Positions 10,433-20,260 of a DNA stretch of 64,000 nt are shown here, one piece after another; positions within the stretch are counted from its first letter, which is position 1; the number at the start of each line of letters is the position of its first letter. Under the pieces are notes generated by a model, which made no database searches, was not told the DNA's origin, and saw only the letters and a list, made by a program, of their open reading frames with translations. The stretch comes from Longimicrobiales bacterium (GTDB lineage Bacteria; Gemmatimonadota; Gemmatimonadetes; Longimicrobiales; Gaopeijiaceae): contig OZ250165.1 of the NCBI GenBank assembly GCA_965238005.1, positions 1,152,001 to 1,216,000 of the forward strand, read 5' to 3'. Made by a program: the position numbers and the translations under genes.

Positions 10433-11848
10433 ATGGAGACCATCGGATGGCTCTCGATCCTCCCACCCGTCGTGGCCATCGCGTTGGCCATCAAGACCCG
10501 AGAGGTCTACATCTCCCTCGCCCTGTTCATATGGCTGGGCTGGACCATCCTGAACTCCTGGAATCCGATCCTGGGGCTCGTGGAGGGCGTGAACACCTTC
10601 CTGGCCGCCATCACGAGCCCGGCCAACGCGCGCACCCTGTTCTTCTCGGCCCTGATCGGTGCAATCATCACCCTGACGCAGGCGTCGGGGGGCATGGAAG
10701 GGTTCATCAATTGGGTCGAAGAGCGGCAGCTGGGGAAGAGCCGCCGCACGGTGCGCCTCTTCGGGATCGGGACGAGCATGGTCCTCTTCCTCGAGTCGAA
10801 CTTCGGGCTCCTGGTGGCGGGGGCCGTCTCCCGGCCGCTCTTCGACCGGGTCAAGGTCTCCCGTGAGAAGCTGAGCTACATTCTCGACGCCACCTGCGCC
10901 CCCAAGCAGCTCCTCATCCCCATCAATGCGTGGGGCGCCTACATCGTCACGCTGCTGGCGGCGCAGAACGTGCCCGAGCCCAACCGGGCTCTGATTTCGG
11001 CATTGACGCTCAACTTCTACGCGATCCTGGCCATCATCCTGGTCTTCTTCGTGGGGGTCACCGACTGGAACATAGGGCCCATGCGTGAGGCCGAGCGCCG
11101 CATCCGGGAGGAGGGCAAGCTCCTGAGGGACGGCGCCGAGCCCATGATGTCGTCCGACGTCAGCATGCTTGCGGCGAAGGAGGGTGTGCCGAAGCGGGCG
11201 ATAAACATGCTTCTCCCCATCATCGCCATGGTTGCGACGGTCCCATACGTGCTCTGGCTCACAGGTGACGGCGTGATCCTGAACGGCAGCGGGTCCGACG
11301 CCGTGCTCTGGGGCGTCATCGTGGGCATCCTTCTGGGTGCCGTCATGTACCGGCTTCAAGGGATCATGACGTTCCGCGAGGTGACGAGCTACACCATCAA
11401 GGGCATCCAGGGGCTGACCCCGGTGGTCATCGTCCTGGCCCTGGCTTTCTCCATCGCGGGAACCCAGCAGGCACTGGGGACGGGCATCTGGCTGGCTCAG
11501 GTTGCCCAGGCCAGCGTGAACCCGGGCTTCGTGCCGGCCATCCTCTTCGTCATCGCGTGCATCATGGCCTTCTCCACCGGAACGTCCTGGGGGACCTTCG
11601 CCATCATGATCCCGATCGTAGTGCCCATGGCCGAGCTCCTGGATCTACACCTGGGCCTCACGTTGGCGGCGGCCCTTGGCGGGGGGATCTTCGGGGATCA
11701 CTGCTCGCCCATCTCGGACAGCACCATCGTGGCCTCAATGGCGTCGGCCACGGACCACATCGACCACGTTCGGACGCAGCTCCCCTACGCGGTCCTGGCG
11801 GCGGCGGGTGCGCTTGTGCTCTTCCTGGGAGCCGGCTTCGTCCTGTAG
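10433..11848 (+). CDS. Na+/H+ antiporter NhaC family transporter
   Basis: WLSILPP, SREKLSYILD, FSTGTSWGTF, FGDHCSPISD and DHVRTQLPY. Confidence 0.9.
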   Translation: METIGWLSILPPVVAIALAIKTREVYISLALFIWLGWTILNSWNPILGLVEGVNTFLAAITSPANARTLFFSALIGAIITLTQASGGMEGFINWVEERQLGKSRRTVRLFGIGTSMVLFLESNFGLLVAGAVSRPLFDRVKVSREKLSYILDATCAPKQLLIPINAWGAYIVTLLAAQNVPEPNRALISALTLNFYAILAIILVFFVGVTDWNIGPMREAERRIREEGKLLRDGAEPMMSSDVSMLAAKEGVPKRAINMLLPIIAMVATVPYVLWLTGDGVILNGSGSDAVLWGVIVGILLGAVMYRLQGIMTFREVTSYTIKGIQGLTPVVIVLALAFSIAGTQQALGTGIWLAQVAQASVNPGFVPAILFVIACIMAFSTGTSWGTFAIMIPIVVPMAELLDLHLGLTLAAALGGGIFGDHCSPISDSTIVASMASATDHIDHVRTQLPYAVLAAAGALVLFLGAGFVL

Positions 11849-12123
11849 CGCACCCGCACATAAGTACGCTTGCATTGATCTCGCTGCGCTCGATCGTCTC
11901 GCGGTCGACTCGCCGCTCACGACGAGCATGAAGGTCGCTCGGCTCGAGGACCGCTGCATCCCGACCGACGGCGTTGCTCGTCGTCGCGGTTAACAATCGC
12001 GAAGCGCATTGTCGCGCTGCTAATCCTCCTCCTCGCGCCTGACCCACGCCTCCGGCGCGGGTGCCCCGGATCGGGCGCTTCGGCCCTCTCGGTGCGTAAC
12101 CGTACTTATGTACGGGCGCACTA
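11846..12123. mobile_element. Non-coding miniature inverted-repeat element (MITE-like), 278 bp
   Basis: 23-bp terminal IRs: TAGCGCACCCGCACATAAGTACG (11846-11868) versus reverse complement of 12101-12123, TAGTGCGCCCGTACATAAGTACG (20/23 match); TA at both ends; no ORF. Confidence 0.7.
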
Positions 12124-12130
12124 GGCGGCC

Positions 12131-13405
12131 CTACCGGCGGTACATGATCCTCCAGATCCGTCCTCCGGCGTCGGCTGACACGTAGACCGAGCCGTCGGGG
12201 GCCTGGGCGAGACCCACCGGCCGGCTGTTCACGCTCCTGAAGCCGTCGGCGAAGACCTCGTAGCCTCCTGCGGCCAGGTCGCCGTTCAGGGGAAGGAACG
12301 TGATGTTGTAGCCGGCCTGTGGCTCGGGATCCCGGTTCCACGATCCGTGGAAGGAGACGAAGACGCCGCTCCGGTATCGGTCCGGAAACTGCTCTCCCGT
12401 ATAGAAGAGAAGTCCGTCGGGAGCCCAGTGACCCGGGAAGCCGAAGATGGGATCCTTGGCCGACTGGCAACGACCCCGCACCGTCCCGTCACCACCATAT
12501 TCGGGGGCCAGCACCTTCCGACGCTCCAGGGGGTCGTGGAAGCAGTACGGCCAGCCGAAATCGTCGCCCCGCTCGATGCGGATGAATTCCTCCCCCGGTT
12601 TCTCCGCTCCGGCTATCCGGTCGAAGTACTGTGGCCAGCTCTGGAAGAGCCGGTCCCGGCCGTGCACCACGGCATAGAGGCCCCCGCTCGTCGGGTGCAA
12701 CCCGAGGGCCACGGCGTTCCGGATCCCCGTGCCATACCGTTCCCCATCGGCCTGGGTCTGGCCGAGGCGGTCCGCGTCGAACCTCCACACTCCGGCCCTT
12801 CGCTCCAGCTCGGGGCAGGGGTCCAGACCCTCGTTGTTGGAGCGGAGGGAGCAAACGTTCGACGGCGAGCCGATGTTGACGAACAGGTTGCCCCGATCGT
12901 CGATGGCGATCGTCTTGGCGCGATGGCTGCCGGTGGCCGGGAGCCCCGAGACGACGGTCTCCGGCGAACCTGCCGGCTCGAGTCTGCCCGCGGGCAGCCG
13001 ATAGCGGACCACCCGGTCGTCGGGCGCGAAGTACAGGTAGCCGTCGTGGAGGAGGATTCCTGTCCCGCCGGCATCTCCGAACGTGGCCCTTTGGTCGGCC
13101 CGGCCGTCACCGTCCGTGTCCCGGAGGGCTACGACACCCCCGCCTCCACTCCTCCTCACTCCTAGCGTCGCCACGAAGAGATCGCCGTTGGGCGCCACGG
13201 CCATGTGGCGCGGTCCCGCGAGGTCTTCCGCCACCACGACGGCGCAGAAGCCGTCCGGGAGGGTCAGCCCTCCGTTGTTCCGCGAGCACTCCTGTGCCGC
13301 CGCCGACGCTCCGGCCGTGGCCAGTGCCATTACGGCGGCCGAGGCGGCGCTCGCCACACGAATCCCATGGCCTAGCGATCGCCGCTCTGACTCGCTCATG
13401 CCCAT
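12131..13405 (-). CDS. Secreted PQQ-dependent sugar/sorbosone dehydrogenase family protein
   Basis: Signal peptide, LTLPDGFCA, GIRNAVAL, DFGWPYC, HWAPDGL, FHGSWNR and RPVGLAQAPDGSVYVS. Confidence 0.88.
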   Translation of the reverse strand: MGMSESERRSLGHGIRVASAASAAVMALATAGASAAAQECSRNNGGLTLPDGFCAVVVAEDLAGPRHMAVAPNGDLFVATLGVRRSGGGGVVALRDTDGDGRADQRATFGDAGGTGILLHDGYLYFAPDDRVVRYRLPAGRLEPAGSPETVVSGLPATGSHRAKTIAIDDRGNLFVNIGSPSNVCSLRSNNEGLDPCPELERRAGVWRFDADRLGQTQADGERYGTGIRNAVALGLHPTSGGLYAVVHGRDRLFQSWPQYFDRIAGAEKPGEEFIRIERGDDFGWPYCFHDPLERRKVLAPEYGGDGTVRGRCQSAKDPIFGFPGHWAPDGLLFYTGEQFPDRYRSGVFVSFHGSWNRDPEPQAGYNITFLPLNGDLAAGGYEVFADGFRSVNSRPVGLAQAPDGSVYVSADAGGRIWRIMYRR

Positions 13406-13556
13406 CGTCCTACCCTCGTCCTCGATGGTTCCGGACTCCCGATGATTCCGGTACCGGACAAGGTGCGTGGGGCGGTCGGCGATGAGCAAGACGGCGACGG
13501 CGCAAAGCCGCCGGGGGTCGGAACGGCCGCCCCCGAAGCGCCAGCGGGTTTCCGAG

Positions 13557-15428
13557 CTACCGGCTCCGGTTCTCAAGGAAGATCACGCCGCCGGCGAGCC
13601 CCCCCGAGAAGACGTCGAGATCGCCGTCCCCGTCGATGTCCACGACCGAAGGCGTAGAGTAGTTGGGAAGCGAAAGCGTGAATGTCGAGTCCTGGACAAA
13701 CACCGGATCGCTAGTGCGGCCCTCCCGGAGAAACAGGAGCACCCCACCGGACTCCCGGCCGAGGAGGAGATCTTCGTCGCCGTCCCCGTCCATGTCGGCG
13801 AAGGCAGGGAAGCTCCTACGCCCGGCGTCGATCTCCAAGAAATTGTCGCTCACCAGCTCGAAGGAGGGTGCTTGAGGCGTCCCCACGTTGCGGTAGAAGT
13901 TGAGCTCGCCCGAAGATTCTCCGATGAAGAGATCCAGGTCGCCGTCCCCGTCCACGTCGGTGAGGGCCGGCGCGCTGTTGCTCCCCCGGGTGAGCTTCAC
14001 GAGGGTCGTGTCCGCCAGGACGAAATTGGGCTGATGGCGGGAGCCCTCGTTCATATAGAGGGCCACCCCCTTGTTCCAGGTGCCCAGCAGCATGTCCAGA
14101 TCGCCGTCGTCGTCCAGGTCGCCCATTGCCGGGGCGTAGTGGTACATGGTGAAGAGCTCGATCCGCTCCCGCTCCCGGAAGGATGGGGCCTGGGCCGACC
14201 CCACGTTCTCAAAGCGGTACATCCGCGCGGTGCGGTTGTCGTTCGGGTCGAGCTTGTTGGACACGAGAAGGTCCAGATCCCCGTCCCCGTCCAGATCCGC
14301 GAATGTCGGGATGCTCTCACTCCCCACGTCCAACGCGTAGATGAAGCGCTCGCTGCGTCGGACGAAGCGGCGGTCCACCTGCTCGTAGAAGAGGAAGTTC
14401 CGGATCGTGGTCAGGTTGGGGTTGAAGGCACCGCCCAATACACCGACGAAGAGGTCCAGGTCGCCGTCGTCGTCGATGTCCGCCAGTGTGGCGACGTTGT
14501 ATCCGCTCGTCGAAAGAGAGTCTTCGACCTCGAAGGGGAAGGGCTCGCCGAGGAGGATGGGGTTGCTGCAGGATCCGGTGTTCTCGAGGTACAGGAGGCT
14601 GGGCTCGAAGAAGTCACCCCAAAAGAAGTCGAGGTCTCCGTCGTCGTCCAGGTCTGCGAAGGCCATGGAGTTAGCGCCGTGGAGGCTGCCGAACTGAGCC
14701 ACGATCTCGATGCCCTGGAATCGGTCCTCCACGAACCGGAAGAGGGGGGCACCGTCGGCCGACGTGGTCGACGTCTCGTATCGGCTGATGGTCCCGTCCA
14801 CGCGCCCCAGGAAGAGATCCCAGCTCCCGTCACAGTCGATGTCGTTGAGGCTCGGGATGTTCTGGCGGTCGGCGAACACGGGCTTGTTGTCGACGTCGCG
14901 GACCGAGTCACCCACGGGAAGGAGTGCGACACGCTGAGAAGTGCCCTCGTTCCGGAAGTACTGCACGTAGCTGAACGGCCGCTCGGCGAGCAGGTCCAGG
15001 TCGCCGTCCCGGTCGAAGTCGAGGAATCGACTCCACTCCCCGATCTCCAGATCCTGATACCGGTCCGTGCGCCATACGAAGCGGGCCTCCTCTGCCGTTC
15101 CCACGTTCTCGAAGTGCATGAGCTCGCCTGTGCGCTCCTGGAGGAACAGATCCAGGTCTCCGTCCCCATCCAGGTCGGCGAACTGGGGACGCGGCACGTT
15201 GAAGCCGCCCAGGAGGGGGAATTCGTACGCCCGACCATTCTCGTCCAGGATCTGGAAGGCGTCCACCACACGCACAAAGCCGCCCGACTCCTGCTCTTCC
15301 CCCCCCGTGAGCCCGGTCGGTGCCACGGGGGCCGGGGGGCCATAGCTCACACAGCTCGTGATCGCCAGGGCGCCGAAGGCCCAAAGGGCCACTCGGCGAC
15401 CGGCCGATGTTACCGAAACATCCGTCAT
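13557..15428 (-). CDS. FG-GAP/VCBS repeat lipoprotein
   Basis: About ten DxDGDGDLDL Ca-binding repeats; lipobox-like ITSC. Confidence 0.88.
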   Translation of the reverse strand: MTDVSVTSAGRRVALWAFGALAITSCVSYGPPAPVAPTGLTGGEEQESGGFVRVVDAFQILDENGRAYEFPLLGGFNVPRPQFADLDGDGDLDLFLQERTGELMHFENVGTAEEARFVWRTDRYQDLEIGEWSRFLDFDRDGDLDLLAERPFSYVQYFRNEGTSQRVALLPVGDSVRDVDNKPVFADRQNIPSLNDIDCDGSWDLFLGRVDGTISRYETSTTSADGAPLFRFVEDRFQGIEIVAQFGSLHGANSMAFADLDDDGDLDFFWGDFFEPSLLYLENTGSCSNPILLGEPFPFEVEDSLSTSGYNVATLADIDDDGDLDLFVGVLGGAFNPNLTTIRNFLFYEQVDRRFVRRSERFIYALDVGSESIPTFADLDGDGDLDLLVSNKLDPNDNRTARMYRFENVGSAQAPSFRERERIELFTMYHYAPAMGDLDDDGDLDMLLGTWNKGVALYMNEGSRHQPNFVLADTTLVKLTRGSNSAPALTDVDGDGDLDLFIGESSGELNFYRNVGTPQAPSFELVSDNFLEIDAGRRSFPAFADMDGDGDEDLLLGRESGGVLLFLREGRTSDPVFVQDSTFTLSLPNYSTPSVVDIDGDGDLDVFSGGLAGGVIFLENRSR

Positions 15429-15450
15429 CGTGCTCTGTCCCACCGTCGGC

Positions 15451-17826
15451 TCAGGTGATGGGCTGCCTCTTCTTCAGGAGGAACAGGCCCTCGTTGCCAC
15501 TGGTGACGATCACCACACCACTCTGGAAGTAGGGATAGTTGCTCCAGGAGCCTCGCATACCCGCCGAGTTGTCTCCGTACGGCACGGTGTCGAAATACCC
15601 GATCTCCACGGGATTCTCGGGATCACTGACGTCGAGCACGCGCAGTCCGCTGCGGTAGTTGGACTGGTACATGATGTTGCCGCGAATGTACAGGTTGTGG
15701 TCGGTGGCCTCTTGAGTGCCGAAGTGCTCCTTCACCAGCTGCGGGTCGTCCAGATCTGAAACGTCCCACACCAGGGTCCGGGTCCTGGGCTGTCCGTTGA
15801 TCTCGTCCCCCTCGTCGTTCATGTAGTAGTAGCGGTGATCCTCGGTGAGCCAGCCCTGGTGGGTGTAGGCCACGCTGGGATAGCTGGCCCGGGAGAGGGC
15901 CACCGTGTTGGACGGATCCGTCACGTCGGCGATGCTCAGGGCCGTCTCGTTGGCGCCCATGCAGATCTGCTTGCCGGCGTGCTCCTCATCCGGTCCTGCG
16001 TAGGTGACGCACTGTGCGTCGTGGGTGTAGCCCGTGCTGGCCCGGCCGGTCTCGACGTCGGCGAAACAGCCAGCGAACGTGGGACTCTGGGGCTCCTGGA
16101 TGTTGATGATGTGGAGGCCACCGCCGCACGTCTCGCCCCCGCTCCGGTTGCCCACGCTGTAGGCGAAGCCGGACTCCTCGTTGATGACGATGTTGTGGGC
16201 GCTGGCGATGCCGTCGTAGTGGGCAGTCTCCTCGAAGGTGACAGGCTCCGTGACGTCTCGGAGCTGGGTCAGGTCGAACACCTGAACTCCGTGCTGGCCC
16301 GCGCCGTCGGCCACGATGAAGGCGTGGTCCTTGTAGACCTTGATGTCGGTCCACGTGCTCGGATTCGAGCCCTCGGGCCGGAGGAGCTGGCCGAGGTAAC
16401 GGGGATTGAGGGGGTCGCTGATGTCCACGAACGCAGATCCGTCGCGGCGACCCACCAGGGCGTACTCGCGTCCGGTCTGCGGATCCGTCCAACCCCAGAC
16501 GTCGTTCACAGTGACCCCCCGGGGTGCCATGTCCTTGATGGGCATGAAGGACACCAGATCGTAGTCGTCGCAGTCGAAGGCGGAGGCCACGCCGGACGTG
16601 CAGTCGACCTGCCCGCCGCTCACGGCATCGAAGCCCTCAAGCTCGCCCATGACCGACTCCGCCATCTCCCACCCGTCAGCGCCTCGCTCGTAGATGGTGG
16701 CGGTGCCGGTTCCGAAGTGGGCACCGGTGACGCCGATCACGGCGATGTCGCCATCGATTGCAATGGTGCTGGCGAAGGCGTCATCCGCCTTCTCACCAGT
16801 TGCGAGCTTGGCGGCCGCGTCCCAGCCGTCGGCGACGCTTCCCGACATGACGTACGCGGCCCCCCGGCCGCCGCTGGCTCTCGGCGCCCCGATCCAGGCT
16901 TCCTCGTCCGTGATGGCCACCGCCGAGCCGAAGCCGTCCTGCTGGAAACCGTCGAAGGGGACGAGATGACCACTGGGGCTCCACTCTCCTTGCGAGGCAT
17001 CGTACTGGAATGCGAACACGGCTGCCTGGCCCCGATCGCGGCCCGGTGCGGAGATCAGCGCCTGGTCGGCCACCACGGTCACCGACGATCCGAAGAGGTC
17101 GTTGGGGCCGGTTCCCTGGGCGGCCAGCATGCCCGACTGCTCCCAGCCGGCACCGGTGCTGTGGAACGCGTAGACGGCTCCCGTACTATCGACGGCGGGA
17201 GCGCCCACGAGGATCTCGTCCCCGTGCACCGCCACGCTCGTGCCGAATCCCGTGCCTTCCTCGCCGCTCGTGATCGTGGCCTGGGATGTCCAGGCGCCAC
17301 CGGCGTTGGTGAAGACGTGAGCCGCCCCCTGACCCGTGTACTGAACCTGGCGGCTACGAGCCCTTTGGCCCGGAGCACCCACCACTGCCACTCCGCCGCC
17401 CAAGGCGAGCGCCGTTCCGAAGTTGGTGCTGGGGGCCACATCTTCTGCCGTCAGGCGGCCCACCTCCCGCCAGTCTCCGGAGCCCGTTCGCTCGAACACG
17501 TAGAGGGCTCCTGCACCGTCGTTTTGATTGATGGCACTGACCATCATGGTAGAGCCGTCCGCGGCGATGGCGGCACCAAAGCCGTCTCCCGAGAAGGCGT
17601 CGGAGGCCTGAAGGCGTCCGGCCTCCATCCAGCCGTCCGCCCCTCGGCGGTACAGATACACGGTCCCGGGCGTGATGACGTTACTCCCCACACCGACCAG
17701 GACGTCACCCCCGCTCACCGCTACCGCACGGCCGTACCCCTGGCCCCGACCCTGGGCCATGGCCGAAGGCGCACCCATGGCTAGCGTGGCCAGAATCACC
17801 AAAAAGCTGTAACCAAACCGTCTCAT
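15451..17826 (-). CDS. Choice-of-anchor B family protein with N-terminal FG-GAP repeats
   Basis: Signal peptide; FGxAxAxxG repeats; NDVWGWTDP, AHNIVIN, YTHDAQCV, YTHQGWLTED, DHNLY and WSNYPYF. Confidence 0.88.
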   Translation of the reverse strand: MRRFGYSFLVILATLAMGAPSAMAQGRGQGYGRAVAVSGGDVLVGVGSNVITPGTVYLYRRGADGWMEAGRLQASDAFSGDGFGAAIAADGSTMMVSAINQNDGAGALYVFERTGSGDWREVGRLTAEDVAPSTNFGTALALGGGVAVVGAPGQRARSRQVQYTGQGAAHVFTNAGGAWTSQATITSGEEGTGFGTSVAVHGDEILVGAPAVDSTGAVYAFHSTGAGWEQSGMLAAQGTGPNDLFGSSVTVVADQALISAPGRDRGQAAVFAFQYDASQGEWSPSGHLVPFDGFQQDGFGSAVAITDEEAWIGAPRASGGRGAAYVMSGSVADGWDAAAKLATGEKADDAFASTIAIDGDIAVIGVTGAHFGTGTATIYERGADGWEMAESVMGELEGFDAVSGGQVDCTSGVASAFDCDDYDLVSFMPIKDMAPRGVTVNDVWGWTDPQTGREYALVGRRDGSAFVDISDPLNPRYLGQLLRPEGSNPSTWTDIKVYKDHAFIVADGAGQHGVQVFDLTQLRDVTEPVTFEETAHYDGIASAHNIVINEESGFAYSVGNRSGGETCGGGLHIINIQEPQSPTFAGCFADVETGRASTGYTHDAQCVTYAGPDEEHAGKQICMGANETALSIADVTDPSNTVALSRASYPSVAYTHQGWLTEDHRYYYMNDEGDEINGQPRTRTLVWDVSDLDDPQLVKEHFGTQEATDHNLYIRGNIMYQSNYRSGLRVLDVSDPENPVEIGYFDTVPYGDNSAGMRGSWSNYPYFQSGVVIVTSGNEGLFLLKKRQPIT

Positions 17827-18045
17827 GACATACCTCACAACGAGTTGAAGGAAATCGTGGTCCAACAATACTAGCAGAAGTAACATCCTGGGAAGTCAAC
17901 GTCCTAGAGAAGTGTGGGGAGTTGGGCAAGGGGTGGGAAGTTAGGCAAGGGATGGAACTTTCCTCCTCTTGTCCACCCGTATGGTATATAGGTGTGTGCC
18001 CACGAAGGAGCATGTTTGACCGATGACGAGAGACCGGAGCATCCA

Positions 18046-19107
18046 GTGACGAGGTGGGGACGTCGGTCGAAGGTCACATTCCTGGTGGCGCTGCTGGCCG
18101 AGCTCTTCCTGCCCAGCCCCGCCGTCCACGACGACCTCTGGATCTTCGGGCCCTCCCGGGACCCGAGCTCCGCCGACCTCTCCGCGGCTATGGCGGTCCA
18201 GGATCTCCACACGCCTGACCTCTTGGGGATCGACGGTGTCGTGGGTACGGCCGTCGGGATCGGTATCGGAGGGATGCCCGTCGTTATGGTGTACACCGCG
18301 CGCGTGGGCGTGCTGGGCGTGCCGGCCAGCCTCGAGGGCATTCCGGTGCTCCCCGAGGTGACCGGTGAGTTCTGGGCTCTGGGAGACGGACCGCGGGCGC
18401 GAGAGTCCGACAGTGCCGTGGACCCAAAGGGCCGCTTCCCTCGCCCCGTGCCCATCGGCGTGTCCGCTGGCCAGCCCGACGTGACCGCGGGGACCATCGG
18501 AGCCCGGGTGAGTGACGGCGGAGACATCTTCGCGTTGAGCAACAACCATGTGTTCGCCAACCGGAACGACGCGAAGAAGGGGGACGACATCCTTCAGCCC
18601 GGCCGCGTTGACGGAGGCACGGACCCCACGAACTCGATCGGCACACTGCACGACTTCGAGCCACTCCGCTTCTGCAGCGCTCTGACGTGTCCCGACAACC
18701 GGATCGACGCCGCCATCGCACTGACGTCGGCGGAGAACCTCGGGACGAGCACGCCGGACGACGGATACGGTGAGCCGCGGTCCAAGACCGCCACGGCCGC
18801 TCTCAGCTTGCGGCTGCAGAAGTATGGCCGTACCACGGGGCTGACGACGGGCACGGTGACGGGGATCAACGCCACCATCAACGTGAACTACAACACTGGG
18901 ACCGTTCGCTTCGTGGATCAGATCCTCATCAGCGACGGCAAATTCAGCCAGGGCGGAGACTCGGGATCTCTCGTGGTCACCAAGTCCAGCGGCGGTGACG
19001 ACCGGAAGCCCGTGGGACTGCTCTTCGCTGGTAGCAACACGCATACCATCGCGAACCCCATCGATCTCGTCCTAAAGCGCTTCGGGGTCAGTGTCGATGG
19101 GAGCTAG
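18046..19107 (+). CDS. Trypsin-like (S1, Nal1-like) serine protease with N-terminal pro-domain
   Basis: AGTIG; triad SNNH / RIDAA / GDSGS; QKYGRTTG; VGLLFAG; GTG start at 18046 chosen from a GGAG RBS (uncertain). Confidence 0.82.
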   Translation: MTRWGRRSKVTFLVALLAELFLPSPAVHDDLWIFGPSRDPSSADLSAAMAVQDLHTPDLLGIDGVVGTAVGIGIGGMPVVMVYTARVGVLGVPASLEGIPVLPEVTGEFWALGDGPRARESDSAVDPKGRFPRPVPIGVSAGQPDVTAGTIGARVSDGGDIFALSNNHVFANRNDAKKGDDILQPGRVDGGTDPTNSIGTLHDFEPLRFCSALTCPDNRIDAAIALTSAENLGTSTPDDGYGEPRSKTATAALSLRLQKYGRTTGLTTGTVTGINATINVNYNTGTVRFVDQILISDGKFSQGGDSGSLVVTKSSGGDDRKPVGLLFAGSNTHTIANPIDLVLKRFGVSVDGS

Positions 19108-19131
19108 CGGAATCGCCAGCAGGTTCCTGGC

Positions 19132-19359
19132 TTGGCGGACGAGATCTCGGCGCACGAGATGAAGAGCGCCCTCGACAAGCTCACGAAGAAGGTGATCGAC
19201 CTGCCCGGGGTGACCGGGACCGCCATCGGCCTTTCAAGCGGCAAGCCTTGCCTGAAGGTCTTCGTGTCCGGGAAAGGCGGATCCTCGGGGAAGATCCCGT
19301 CTTCCATGGACGGACACCGGGTCGTCGTGGAGGAGACCGGGACGTTCAAGCGGTACTGA
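19132..19359 (+). CDS. Small protein homologous to the N-terminal domain of the upstream protease
   Basis: GVTGTAIG...GKPCLKVF...IPSSMDG...EETGTF aligns with GVVGTAVG...GMPVVMVY...VPASLEG...EVTGEF. Confidence 0.72.
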   Translation: MADEISAHEMKSALDKLTKKVIDLPGVTGTAIGLSSGKPCLKVFVSGKGGSSGKIPSSMDGHRVVVEETGTFKRY

Positions 19360-19450
19360 GACGATAGGGCGGAACGGCGGAATCTTCGGGATCGGGACGG
19401 ATCGCGGGGGAGTCGAGCGATCCGGCGCACGCGGAGTAGACAGGGCGCAG

Positions 19451-19477
19451 GGCAACCATCGTGCTGGTCGAAGCGTC
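19451..19477 (+). promoter_or_regulatory. Possible ECF-sigma promoter
   Basis: GGCAACC-N16-CGTC (AAC/CGT pattern) about 80 bp upstream of ATG 19557. Confidence 0.3.
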
Positions 19478-19556
19478 ATATCCATAGATGGGACGCCTCG
19501 GACGGCGCAGGGCCGTTTCGGGGGTTGGGGTTGGACTTCAACGAATGGAGCCTCCG

Positions 19557-20234
19557 ATGGGTGTGCGATCGTCAGACATCATGGCCCTCATGGCCATCAT
19601 TGTCGGCGCGGGTGCCGGCTACGGACTCACGAGTCTCTACGCGCACAGCCAGCAGGAGGAGGCGCCGGCCGTGGCTGAGCTCACCCCCGTCGTGGAATCG
19701 GCGGCGCCTCGGGTGGATGTCGAGGTGGAGCCCATCCGGATCCGAGTCGGGCACGTCCCCACGGTGGTGGTCCAGACCGTTCCGCACGTGGTGACCCGGA
19801 TGCACATGCATCGGCTCGATCGCTGGAAGATGATGGAGATCCGGCAAGAGGCTCGTGCCCGGGCCCAGGAGGCGCGGGAGAGGGCGCGTGATGTCCGCGA
19901 GGATGTCTTGTTCGGCGAGGCCTTTGAGCTCCAAGAGGCACTCTCGAGCCTTGAGGCCTTGGAGGGTCTCGAGGCGCTGGAGAGTCTCGTAGTACTGAAG
20001 AGTCTCGAAGCGCTGGAAAGTCTGGACGCCATCGAGGGTCTGGGCAACCTGGAGAATATGGTGGACCTCGAGGCCCTCGAGCAGGCCCTGAAGGAGCTCG
20101 GACAAGAGCTTGATGGCGTCCTGACCATCGACCTCGAAGAGCTGGACGGCGCCGACGACCAGCACAAGCGTAAGAAGCGTAAGAAGCGCCGCATCATCGT
20201 GAAGCGGCCAGGCGACGACGGTTCAGGCGGCTGA
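19557..20234 (+). CDS. Hypothetical membrane-anchored protein with LExLEx repeat and basic tail
   Basis: N-terminal TM segment, LEALEGLEALES... repeat, KRKKRKKRR; followed by a terminator. Confidence 0.65.
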   Translation: MGVRSSDIMALMAIIVGAGAGYGLTSLYAHSQQEEAPAVAELTPVVESAAPRVDVEVEPIRIRVGHVPTVVVQTVPHVVTRMHMHRLDRWKMMEIRQEARARAQEARERARDVREDVLFGEAFELQEALSSLEALEGLEALESLVVLKSLEALESLDAIEGLGNLENMVDLEALEQALKELGQELDGVLTIDLEELDGADDQHKRKKRKKRRIIVKRPGDDGSGG

Positions 20235-20260
20235 GACCCAGCGCAGCTTGATTCGGATTG

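Noticed and set aside
13557..15428. Recurring GTCGCCGTC(G/C) DNA repeats as a possible CRISPR or DGR
   Set aside because: They encode DxDGDGD repeats, are irregularly spaced and degenerate at wobble positions; no cas or reverse transcriptase gene
13467..17784. Long plus-strand ORFs of 663 and 649 aa (and similar shadows at 39244-41022 and 44490-45905)
   Set aside because: Antisense or alternate-frame shadows of well-supported genes, expected at high GC; no motifs
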